Source: an uncultured Alphaproteobacteria bacterium
Lineage (GTDB): Bacteria; Pseudomonadota; Alphaproteobacteria; CAVTAV01
Assembly: GCA_963821875.1 (NCBI GenBank)
Contig: CAWGFE010000004.1
Coordinates: forward strand, 52,692-116,691
Length of the DNA stretch: 64,000 bases
Reading direction: 5' to 3'
The translations under genes and the position numbers were made by a program. Position 1 is the first letter of the stretch. Each line of letters starts with the position of its first letter. Under the pieces are notes generated by a model that was given only the letters and a program-made list of their open reading frames with translations, made no database searches and had not been told where the DNA came from. This document shows positions 1-9,947 of the stretch, one piece after another.

Positions 1-1
1 G

Positions 2-2116
<2,115 letters not shown>

Positions 2117-2118
2117 CG

Positions 2119-3087
2119 TCAGGCGGCTTTCGTTGCTTTCTCCGGATCGTACCAATGCGAGAGATCGCGGCCCAGAAGCGCGCCGAGCCGATCGATTTCC
2201 GGGCGCAACTCCGCCCGCAGCTTCGCTTTCAGTTCCGGGGTCATCCTATCGCGCGGCACGAATTTCGTGTTCGCCCGGCGAACCTTGTCTTTGATGATGT
2301 CGCGCAGTCTGAGCGGGATCAGCATCCGGGCCGGGACTGAAATCCACGGGGCCGGCTCGCGCACCATGCGCATCAGCTTTGGCGAGCGCATCACCTTGTT
2401 GGCGTTGACCACCGAGATTTCGGGTACGAATGTCGGGTCCGCTCCGATGAATTCGAGCGTCTTGCGGTAGACGCCGAGCGTATCGCGCCGGAAGTCGTCA
2501 TAGAGGTGGATGAGCACGTTTTCGGGGCCGAAGACGTTCAGATAGCGTTCCGCCTGCTCGCTGAACCGCACGAAGTCCATATAGAGCAACGTCAGCGCCC
2601 ATTGGAAATCCGGCATCCGGCGTCCTTCGCGCCGGTCCTTCTCCGCGGCCAGGGCTTCCTCGAAATCCGTAATCGGCTCGCCGCCCTCGAAAACCACCTG
2701 AGAGTGATGGGAGGGCAGCACGTCGAGCGGATTGCGCAGCTGAATGATGATCCTGGCGTCCGGATTGTAGTCCTTGATCTCCTGCGCCGCGGTCTTGGAA
2801 TAGAGATAAAACACTGACGCGTCGCACAGAATCGCCGTGTCGGCCGCCTCTGCAAAGATGCTTTCATACTCTTCGAGCGTTGGTGGCTTGAAATTCGGGC
2901 GCACGAGATCGCGGCCGAAATAGTGCGGCTCCTTGACGGCGAAGATGTCCGGATGCTGATCCAGATAGCTGGTCAGGGCGGTCGTGCCCGATTTCGCCGC
3001 TCCGACGAAGAATATGTTTGGCTTGCGTGTCACGAGATGTTTTCCGACGCCTTTTTTGTGAATCCGGCCAGCCTGTATTTTTGTCAA
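2119..3087 (-). CDS. PAPS-dependent sulfotransferase
   Basis: 5'-PSB loop KPNIFFVGAAKSGTT, KEPHYF, 3'-PB motif RNPLDVLPS; C-terminal LLGRDLSHW. TTG start uncertain. Confidence 0.85.
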   Translation of the reverse strand: MTKIQAGRIHKKGVGKHLVTRKPNIFFVGAAKSGTTALTSYLDQHPDIFAVKEPHYFGRDLVRPNFKPPTLEEYESIFAEAADTAILCDASVFYLYSKTAAQEIKDYNPDARIIIQLRNPLDVLPSHHSQVVFEGGEPITDFEEALAAEKDRREGRRMPDFQWALTLLYMDFVRFSEQAERYLNVFGPENVLIHLYDDFRRDTLGVYRKTLEFIGADPTFVPEISVVNANKVMRSPKLMRMVREPAPWISVPARMLIPLRLRDIIKDKVRRANTKFVPRDRMTPELKAKLRAELRPEIDRLGALLGRDLSHWYDPEKATKAA

Positions 3088-3141
3088 TATTTACAAATGG
3101 TTGGTTAATGAAGTAGGGTATTCACCAAATATAGTGCCGGT

Positions 3142-3170
3142 TTGACATGGATCGTGCCGCCTCCCATATG
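3142..3170 (+). promoter_or_regulatory. Putative sigma70/RpoH-type promoter for bolA-grxD
   Basis: TTGACA-N17-CATATG (within CCCATATG) about 100 nt upstream of bolA. Confidence 0.45.
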
Positions 3171-3273
3171 AAGCGTTGCCACCGAGAGGCTGCGCGGCCC
3201 GGCGGCGCTGCCTCGTTGTAACAAGGCGCGATGACCGGCTGATAACTGCAACCAGGCAAAGGTTTTAACGATC

Positions 3274-3510
3274 ATGGCCATGGATCCGAGCGAGATCAAA
3301 GCGTTGATTATGGAGTTCTTCCCGGATGCGGTCGTGGAGATTCAGGATCTGGCCGGCGATGGCGATCACTTCGCGGCGCGCGTCGTCTCGAAGGCGTTCG
3401 AAGGCCATTCCAGAGTGCAGCAGCATCAGATGGTGTATAAGGCCCTGAAAGGCCGGATGGGCGATCAGCTTCATGCGCTCGCATTGCAGACCTCGGTGCC
3501 GTCCGACTGA
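3274..3510 (+). CDS. bolA: BolA/IbaG family protein
   Basis: DLAGDGDHF, SRVQQHQMVYKAL, LHALAL; adjacent to grxD. Confidence 0.95.
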   Translation: MAMDPSEIKALIMEFFPDAVVEIQDLAGDGDHFAARVVSKAFEGHSRVQQHQMVYKALKGRMGDQLHALALQTSVPSD

Positions 3511-3555
3511 CGGCGGACCGGAGACAACTCAAACGAATTGAAGGTTCGAAAAGAT

Positions 3556-3900
3556 ATGACGGAAGAACAAGTTCACGCCCGGATCAGGGATGCGGTGGGC
3601 AGCACTGACGTGATGCTGTTCATGAAAGGCTCGCCGAGCTTCCCGCAATGCGGTTTTTCGGCCGCCGTGGTGCAGATCCTGGACTATTTGGGTGTCGAAT
3701 ACGGCAGCACGGACGTGCTGCAGGACGACGATCTGCGCCAGGGCATCAAGTCGTACAGCGACTGGCCGACGATCCCGCAGCTCTATGTCAAAGGCGAATT
3801 CGTCGGCGGCTGCGACATCATCCGCGAGATGTTCCAGTCCGGCGAGTTGCAGTCGCATCTGCAGGGCAAGGGCATCACGCTCACCGCGCCGACGGCGTAA
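3556..3900 (+). CDS. grxD: Monothiol glutaredoxin Grx4
   Basis: [29 protein letters not shown]; ATG at 3556 preferred. Confidence 0.96.
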   Translation: MTEEQVHARIRDAVGSTDVMLFMKGSPSFPQCGFSAAVVQILDYLGVEYGSTDVLQDDDLRQGIKSYSDWPTIPQLYVKGEFVGGCDIIREMFQSGELQSHLQGKGITLTAPTA

Positions 3901-4201
3901 AGCGCTCGTCGCGTTCGACGCGGCAAATCTTTAGCGAATAGTTTTCGTACCACTCGTCGCGCCCGCGTTGCCGGGCGTGGCGATGGCGCGCGTTCTCTTT
4001 CCAGCTGGCGATGGCCTCCAGGCTGTCCCAGTAACACACCGTGATGCCCTCACCGGACGGATTGCGGACTGAGTTGAGGCCGAGAAACCCGGGCTGCTGC
4101 TTCGAAAGTGCGGCCATTTCCTCCGCCATCGCGTCGTAATCCTCGGCGGACGGTTTCAGCGTGGAGGTGAAGATCACCGCATAGACCGGCTTATCCGACA
4201 T
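3881..4201 (-). CDS. Antibiotic biosynthesis monooxygenase (ABM) family protein
   Basis: [27 protein letters not shown]...H..A...GR..WY pattern; 3' end overlaps grxD by 20 nt. Confidence 0.85.
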   Translation of the reverse strand: MSDKPVYAVIFTSTLKPSAEDYDAMAEEMAALSKQQPGFLGLNSVRNPSGEGITVCYWDSLEAIASWKENARHRHARQRGRDEWYENYSLKICRVERDERFTPSAR

Positions 4202-4224
4202 GACGGTTTCCTTTCATCCGGCCC

Positions 4225-4259
4225 AAAAAGAAACGGCCCGCCGGGATACGGCGGGCCGT
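4225..4259 (-). terminator. Rho-independent terminator of rpsD
   Basis: 11-bp stem ACGGCCCGCCG/CGGCGGGCCGT (4233-4243/4249-4259), 5-nt loop, then TTCTTTTT on the minus strand. Confidence 0.85.
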
Positions 4260-4287
4260 CGTCTCTCTCGATTTTTGAAGCCAAATT

Positions 4288-4905
4288 CTATCTTGAGTAG
4301 AATTCGACGACGAGATTGGGCTCCATGTGCACCGGATAGGGAATATCCGCAAGCTTCGGCGTCACGAGGAGCTTCGCCGTCATTTTTTTATGATCCGTTT
4401 CGAGATAGGGCGGTACGTCCCGCTCGTTCGATTCGACCGCTTCGAGCACGACGCCGAGCTCGTGCGATTTCTCCTTGATCGACACGACATCGCCTTCCCG
4501 CAGGCGATAGCTGGGGATCGTGACCCGCTTGCCGTTGACCAGAACATGACCGTGGTTGACGAATTGCCGCGCGGCAAAAACGGTGCTGACGAATTTGGCG
4601 CGGTAGACCACGGCGTCGAGGCGGCGCTCAAGAAGACCGACCAGATGCTCGCCGGTGTCGCCTTTGCGGCGAACGGCTTCGGCATAGATATTCCGGAATT
4701 GTTTTTCCGTGATATTGCCGTAATAGCCCTTGAGCTTCTGCTTGGCGCGGAGCTGCACGCCGAAGTCCGAGACTTTGCCTCGGCGGCGCTGACCATGAAC
4801 ACCCGGTCCGTAGTCGCGGCGGTTGACCGGACTTTTCGGGCGACCCCAGAGGTTTTCGCCCATACGCCGGTCGATTTTATATTTCGCTTGTACCCGCTTC
4901 GTCAT
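4288..4905 (-). CDS. rpsD: 30S ribosomal protein S4
   Basis: [40 protein letters not shown]-terminus. Confidence 0.99.
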   Translation of the reverse strand: MTKRVQAKYKIDRRMGENLWGRPKSPVNRRDYGPGVHGQRRRGKVSDFGVQLRAKQKLKGYYGNITEKQFRNIYAEAVRRKGDTGEHLVGLLERRLDAVVYRAKFVSTVFAARQFVNHGHVLVNGKRVTIPSYRLREGDVVSIKEKSHELGVVLEAVESNERDVPPYLETDHKKMTAKLLVTPKLADIPYPVHMEPNLVVEFYSR

Positions 4906-4965
4906 GCCTAAGTACTATTCGTCCTTGCCAAGCTGTTCGTTAAACGTGTTCGTTCAAAGGCGCGT

Positions 4966-4993
4966 ACTATATCCAGCGCCGCGCGGTTGTCAA
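4966..4993 (-). promoter_or_regulatory. Putative sigma70 promoter of rpsD
   Basis: Minus strand TTGACA (4993-4988)-N16-TATAGT (4971-4966). Confidence 0.6.
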
Positions 4994-5007
4994 ATGGCGC
5001 GATGCGT

Positions 5008-5760
5008 TTAATCGTCCGTTTCCGCCGGTTTTCGTGTCAGGGCCTTGATAACGCCTCGCAACGTGCGAACATCCTGCTCGGTCAGATTGGCGTTTTGCAG
5101 CAGATTCCGAAGGTTACGCACCATGGACGGGCGCTTTTCTCCGGGCCGGAAAAAGCCTGCGGAATCAAGCTCGGATTCCAGATGATCGAACAGCCGCACG
5201 AGATCTTCCTTGGGCGCGGGCAGCGGAGTCTCCGCGGGGGCGAGGCTATCGGTCACAGCCGTGGTGAACCAGGCATAGCCGATGATCAGCACCGCCTGCG
5301 CCAGATTGAGCGAGGTGAACTCGGGATTGGCCGGAATTTGGAGAATCTTGTCCGATAACGCGACATCGTCATTGTGCAGCCCGGCCTTTTCGGGGCCGAA
5401 CAGGATGCCGCACTGCGCGCCCAGGCCGATCAGCCCCGCTATTTCCACCGCCGCGTCGCTCGGCGTGACCGCCGGCTTGACCATGTCGCGGGTGCGGGCG
5501 GTGGTGGCGTAAATCACCCGGAGATCGGCGATCGCTTCTTCGGTGTCCCGGTAAAGCCTGGCGTTATCGAGGATTTCCGTCGCGCCCGCGGACATGGGGA
5601 CGGCGGCCGGGTTGGGCCAGCCGTCGCGGGGCGCGACGAGACGCAGGTCGGTCAGGCCGAAATTACGCATCGCCCGGGCCGTCGCGCCGATATTCTCGCC
5701 CATCTGGGGTTTGATCAGGATAATCGCGGGCGCGTGTAAGCCCGATTCGCTGTTCGTCAT
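5008..5760 (-). CDS. trmJ: tRNA (C32/U32 2'-O)-methyltransferase, TrmJ/LasT SPOUT family
   Basis: PQMGENIGATARAMRNFG, FGPEKAGL, SLNLAQAV. Confidence 0.92.
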   Translation of the reverse strand: MTNSESGLHAPAIILIKPQMGENIGATARAMRNFGLTDLRLVAPRDGWPNPAAVPMSAGATEILDNARLYRDTEEAIADLRVIYATTARTRDMVKPAVTPSDAAVEIAGLIGLGAQCGILFGPEKAGLHNDDVALSDKILQIPANPEFTSLNLAQAVLIIGYAWFTTAVTDSLAPAETPLPAPKEDLVRLFDHLESELDSAGFFRPGEKRPSMVRNLRNLLQNANLTEQDVRTLRGVIKALTRKPAETDD

Positions 5761-5820
5761 GTCGCTTTGATCGAGGAATTTGACAGAAGGCCCGCATCAG
5801 CGGGTTTTCGGGCCGGTTTG

Positions 5821-6498
5821 TCAACCCGGATGGCGTCTGGATTTGGCACTCATCCAGGAAAAGATCCTGCCGCCGAACGCATAGCTGATCAGGACGAACA
5901 GGGCCGCAAGGCCGAGATTCCAGAGAATAATCATGATCGTGGCGTCCTGCTCATGGATATGAATGAGCAGATGGGCCGTGGCCGAGATCGCCGCGACGGC
6001 CAGGCTGCCGGTGATGATCGCCGATATCGGCCGCAAGGGTGCGGCATGGCGCAGCATCACGAGAAGGACGACCAGTAGCGGCAGACTGGTCAGCGCGACC
6101 ACGACGAAGCAGTCGACCGATTCGCCCAGCTGTATTCCATTCGGCCCGATGGAGACCCAGTCCGTCAGGCACTGATAGCCAAGCGTCGATATCCAGAGAA
6201 TCAGGGCGGGCAGGGGAAGCAGCGCCCAGAGCCGGGAGCGGTCCGGCAGGCTGAGCATGAAGCAGGCGATGGCGGCCAGCACGCCGGTGAGGGCCGCTCC
6301 GGCCACATTGGCGTCGAAGCTCATCTGATGCAGGCGCGTCGCCAGATCCGGCCGGAAGCCTTCGATCAGGCCGACAACGGCGAGAACGCCGAGGCCGATC
6401 GCCAGCCAGATCAGGGCGCGCAGAAGAGGCGGCCGCAACCGTTTTACCGGCGTGGCCTCGCTCACGAGCGAGTCTATGAGATCGGGGGTCTTGATCAC
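5821..6498 (-). CDS. nrsF: NrsF-family (DUF1109) membrane anti-sigma factor
   Basis: N-terminal KTPDLIDSL motif, about six hydrophobic segments, LRHAAPLRP; 4-nt overlap with the upstream ECF sigma gene. Confidence 0.85.
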   Translation of the reverse strand: MIKTPDLIDSLVSEATPVKRLRPPLLRALIWLAIGLGVLAVVGLIEGFRPDLATRLHQMSFDANVAGAALTGVLAAIACFMLSLPDRSRLWALLPLPALILWISTLGYQCLTDWVSIGPNGIQLGESVDCFVVVALTSLPLLVVLLVMLRHAAPLRPISAIITGSLAVAAISATAHLLIHIHEQDATIMIILWNLGLAALFVLISYAFGGRIFSWMSAKSRRHPG

Positions 6499-7076
6499 GT
6501 CTCGTCGCTCCCGCCGGTCAAAATCTTCCTCAGGCTGATGAGGGCCCGGTGGGTCGCCACCTTCAGGGCGGGAACCGAGGTTCCGGTCGTCGCCGAGGCT
6601 TCCCTCAAGGACATCTCGTTCAGCTTCAACAATTCGATCGCCTGCCGCTGACCGGCCGGCAGACTTTCGATCGCCGTGTGCAGGTCCCGCCGGTCTATGA
6701 CGCTATCTCCTATATTCGCTTCGGATGCCGTAAAGGTTTCGTGATCGGTGTCGGAAAGCACTTCGCGGGCCGTGGTTCGTCCCTGCTTGCGCAGGCGGTC
6801 GACGATTCGGCGATTGGCGATCGCGACGAGCCAGGGGCCGAACGGCCGGTCCGGGTCGTATGTCCGGCGCATGGCATGGATGGTCAGGAGAATGTCCTGA
6901 ACCGTGTCCTCGACGTCCCGGGCATCGCGATGCTTTTTCGCGACCAGCGAGCGCAGATAGGGCGCGGTTTCGCCGAGCAGGCGGCGATAGGCGGCCGTGT
7001 CGCCGTTCTGGGCGCGCGCCATAAGGTCGGACCAATCGGTCCTCTCGGGCGCGGCGTCGCCTTTTCCACTGGACAT
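6495..7076 (-). CDS. sigF: ECF sigma factor, SigF-like
   Basis: AQNGDTAAYRRLL, EDTVQDILLTIHAMRRTYDPDRPFGPWLVAIA, KVATHRAL; coupled to nrsF. Confidence 0.88.
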   Translation of the reverse strand: MSSGKGDAAPERTDWSDLMARAQNGDTAAYRRLLGETAPYLRSLVAKKHRDARDVEDTVQDILLTIHAMRRTYDPDRPFGPWLVAIANRRIVDRLRKQGRTTAREVLSDTDHETFTASEANIGDSVIDRRDLHTAIESLPAGQRQAIELLKLNEMSLREASATTGTSVPALKVATHRALISLRKILTGGSDET

Positions 7077-7304
7077 GGAATCCTCTTACGACGGCCCTCG
7101 AATGCCGTCAAACCCTCTCGGCACGTCAGCGGGCTACACGAAACCGTGACGCACCCGTGAGCGAACCTTTCCCAACCGGGAGCGAGCGCCGTCGAACTTC
7201 CCCGTATTCGTCGCAACGCCGACGCCACATCGGACGGGCCGTTCATGAAATGAATTCTTGCAGCTGCGACGCTCGTCGCTGCCGCAAAGTTTTCCCGCCG
7301 GTCC

Positions 7305-7330
7305 GTAACCTTTCCCGTCATCCGCTCGAA
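7305..7330 (+). promoter_or_regulatory. SigF-type promoter driving the buf operon
   Basis: GTAACC (7305-7310)-N16-CGAA (7327-7330) matches the Caulobacter SigF consensus; 50 nt upstream of the precursor ATG. Confidence 0.85.
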
Positions 7331-7379
7331 CCTTGGAGACGGTGACCCTTTAGAACACCGATCACAAAGAGAGAGTGTC

Positions 7380-7745
7380 ATGACCAAAAAACGTCTCAAT
7401 ATCGCTACGACCGTTTTGATGAGCGCGGCCGGACTTGCGCTTGCCGCAAGCGTTTCCCCGGCTTCGGCGGCGATGAATTCCAAGATGGAGCAGAAGCTCG
7501 AGAACATGCTCAAGATGCATCCGGGCGCGAGCAAGGAAACCATCGAAGCGAATATGAAGCGCGTCGCCAAGAACCATCTGGTGCGCTGCTACGGCGTGAA
7601 TGCGGCCAGCAAGAATGATTGCGCTTCGGGCGCTCATTCGTGCTCCGGCCAGTCCGCCATGCCGCGCAATCCGGCCGCCTTCGTTCTTCTGCCGGCCGGT
7701 GATTGCCAGAAGATCGCGGGCGGCAAGCTCAAAGGCCCGATGTAG
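7380..7745 (+). CDS. bufA: BufA1-type (DUF2282) bufferin RiPP precursor with signal peptide
   Basis: Sec signal ending ASA/A; four-Cys core CYGV...KNDC....HSC.G.S...PAGDCQKIAGG. Confidence 0.9.
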   Translation: MTKKRLNIATTVLMSAAGLALAASVSPASAAMNSKMEQKLENMLKMHPGASKETIEANMKRVAKNHLVRCYGVNAASKNDCASGAHSCSGQSAMPRNPAAFVLLPAGDCQKIAGGKLKGPM

Positions 7746-7753
7746 GCCGGATC

Positions 7754-8647
7754 ATGAGCGCAAAGTCGGCCATAGGCTCGCCTGTGCGGTTGACGCCGAT
7801 CCCCGCCGAGGCGGGGATCGGCCTGCGCTTCCCGCATCATCAGGCCGTGCTGGAGACCAAGCCGTCCGTCGCCTGGCTCGAGATTCACACCGAGAATTAC
7901 ATGACCGGCGGGCCGCCGCGGCGCTATCTCGACGCCATCCGGCGCGATTACCCGATCTCGTGTCATGGCGTCGGCCTGTCTCTCGGGAGCGCCGAGGGAT
8001 TGGATAAGGCTCATCTCGCTCGCGTATGCGAGACGATCGATCGCGTCGAGCCGGCGCTCGTGTCGGAACATCTGTCCTGGAGCGTGGTGGACGGGATCTA
8101 TCTCGGCGACTTGTTGCCGCTGCCCATGACCGAAGAAGCGCTGGATGTCGTCCGCCGAAACATCGATGCGGTGCAGACGGCTTTGAAACGGCAGATTTTG
8201 GTCGAGAATCCGTCGAGTTATCTGCGCTATAGCCACTCGACCATTCCGGAATGGGAGTTCCTGGGCGAACTCGCCGCCCGCACCGGCTGCGGCATCCTGT
8301 GCGATGTGAACAACATTTATGTCAGCGCTCATAACCACGGTTGGGACGCGATTGCCTATCTGGATGCCTTGCCGATCGGTCCGATTGGAGAAATTCATCT
8401 TGCCGGTCATTCGGTGCGGACCCTGGAGAATGGCCGGACCGTTCTGATCGACGATCACGGGTCGCGCGTCATCCCCGAGGTCTGGGCGCTGTATGAGCAG
8501 GCCCTCAAGCGCTTCGGCGCGGTGCCGAGTCTGATCGAATGGGATACCGGCGTGCCCGCCCTCGACGTGCTTCTGGACGAGGCCGCCGGCGCCGCCGGGC
8601 GACTGACCGCTTTTGGAGAAAGGAACCGCGATGCCGACGCTGCTTGA
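7754..8647 (+). CDS. bufB: Multinuclear non-heme iron oxidase (MNIO, DUF692), bufferin maturase
   Basis: GIGLR, WLEIHTENY, HGVGLSLG, SEHLSW, ENPSSY, DVNNIYVS, EIHLAGH, IDDHG, LIEWD. Confidence 0.95.
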   Translation: MSAKSAIGSPVRLTPIPAEAGIGLRFPHHQAVLETKPSVAWLEIHTENYMTGGPPRRYLDAIRRDYPISCHGVGLSLGSAEGLDKAHLARVCETIDRVEPALVSEHLSWSVVDGIYLGDLLPLPMTEEALDVVRRNIDAVQTALKRQILVENPSSYLRYSHSTIPEWEFLGELAARTGCGILCDVNNIYVSAHNHGWDAIAYLDALPIGPIGEIHLAGHSVRTLENGRTVLIDDHGSRVIPEVWALYEQALKRFGAVPSLIEWDTGVPALDVLLDEAAGAAGRLTAFGERNRDADAA

Positions 8648-9407
8648 TGTCGAGCGCGCTTTCCGCGCGACCTTTCTGGAGCCCGAAAATGGGGATGCGG
8701 CGGAGCATGTAATCGCCGATGGCATCTCACCGGATGAGCGGCTGGACATCTATCGCAACACCTTTATCGCGGCTCTCACAAAGGCGCTGAGGCTGAATTT
8801 TCCGGCCGTGTTGCGGCTGGTCGGCGACGAGTTCTTAGACGCGGCCGCGCGGATTTTCATCGAGGCCCACCCGCCGAAAAGCGCCTGGCTCGACGCCTAT
8901 GGCGGTGAGTTTTCGGCCTTCCTGGCGGCGTTCCCGGCGTCGTCGTCGCTGACCTATCTGGCCGACGTCGCGCGCCTCGAATGGGCCGTGGCAAGCGCCT
9001 TTCATGCTCCCGAGAGGACGGCCCTCGATCTTGGGCGGATGTCGAACATTCCGCCGGAAGACCATGGCCGACTGCGCTTCGTCCCCGATCCGTCCCTGAG
9101 CCTTGTGCCGGTCGATCATCCGGCGGACGAGATCTGGCAGGCGGTTCTGGACGAGGACGATGCGGCGATGGCCGCGATCGATTTGAGCGCCGGATCGCGG
9201 TGGCTTCAGGTGCGCCGGCTCGACGCGGGTGTCGATGTGACCCGTCTCGACGAGGCCGACGCGTTATTCCTCAGCGAGCTCTGCGAGGGCGTGCGGCTGG
9301 AGGATGCTTTGGAAACGTCCCCGGACATCGATGCGCCGACAGTGCTCGCCCGTTTCCTGGCGGACGGGCTTTTCGTGGATATTCAACAGCAGGGGGCCGT
9401 CCAATGA
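8631..9407 (+). CDS. bufC: DUF2063 / BufC-HvfC family MNIO partner protein
   Basis: RLDIYRN, FPAV.RLVGDEF, YG.EF..FL, YLADVARLEWA; overlaps the bufB stop. Confidence 0.9.
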   Translation: MPTLLDVERAFRATFLEPENGDAAEHVIADGISPDERLDIYRNTFIAALTKALRLNFPAVLRLVGDEFLDAAARIFIEAHPPKSAWLDAYGGEFSAFLAAFPASSSLTYLADVARLEWAVASAFHAPERTALDLGRMSNIPPEDHGRLRFVPDPSLSLVPVDHPADEIWQAVLDEDDAAMAAIDLSAGSRWLQVRRLDAGVDVTRLDEADALFLSELCEGVRLEDALETSPDIDAPTVLARFLADGLFVDIQQQGAVQ

Positions 9408-9874
9408 CCACGCCGCAGACATCAACCGCTTTGCGTGCACCGCGTATGGACATGGCGCGGCGCGTACTCAACTGGCTCGACGCCATTCCTTACACGCTGC
9501 TGGCGATCCCGTTGCGGCTCGCGGTCGCGACGGTGTTCTGGAATTCGGCCCAGGCCCATCTCGCGAACTGGGATACGACCTTCTATCTTTTCGAGAACGA
9601 TTACGCCCTGCCGTTCCTGCCGCCCCATCTGGCGGCCTATATGGCTGTATCGATCGAGGTGACGACGCCGATCCTCCTGGTGCTCGGTCTGCTCACACGG
9701 CCGGCGGCGGCCGTCCTGCTCGGCATGACGGCGGTGATCGAGATCTTCGTCTATCCGATGGCGTGGCCGACCCATATTCAGTGGGCCGCGATGCTGCTCG
9801 TCCTGATGGCGCGGGGCCCGGGCAAGCTGTCGGTGGACTGGCTCGTGCGGCGGAAGGTTTTAGGTGACGCCTAG
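9404..9874 (+). CDS. bufD: DoxX family membrane protein (BufD-like)
   Basis: ATGA overlap with bufC; LFENDY.LP, LLVLGLLTR.AA, WPTHIQW, GPGKLSVD. Confidence 0.88.
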   Translation: MTTPQTSTALRAPRMDMARRVLNWLDAIPYTLLAIPLRLAVATVFWNSAQAHLANWDTTFYLFENDYALPFLPPHLAAYMAVSIEVTTPILLVLGLLTRPAAAVLLGMTAVIEIFVYPMAWPTHIQWAAMLLVLMARGPGKLSVDWLVRRKVLGDA

Positions 9875-9890
9875 GCAGGTCACTCAATCT

Positions 9891-9943
9891 CCGTTCGCCC
9901 TGAGCCTGTCGAAGGGCGGGCTTCGACACGCTCGGCCCGAAGG
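9891..9943. repeat. REP-like imperfect palindrome between convergent bufD and cimA
   Basis: TTCGCCCTGAGCCTGTCGAAG-GGCGGG-CTTCGACACGCTCGGCCCGAA; resembles the CTGAGC-TGTCGAAG...CTTCGACA-GCTCAG repeats common in alphaproteobacteria. Confidence 0.7.
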
Positions 9944-9947
9944 GAAC

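Noticed and set aside
7077-7300. Autoregulatory SigF promoter for sigF-nrsF on the minus strand
   Set aside because: No TTCG-N16-GGTTAC match found by eye.
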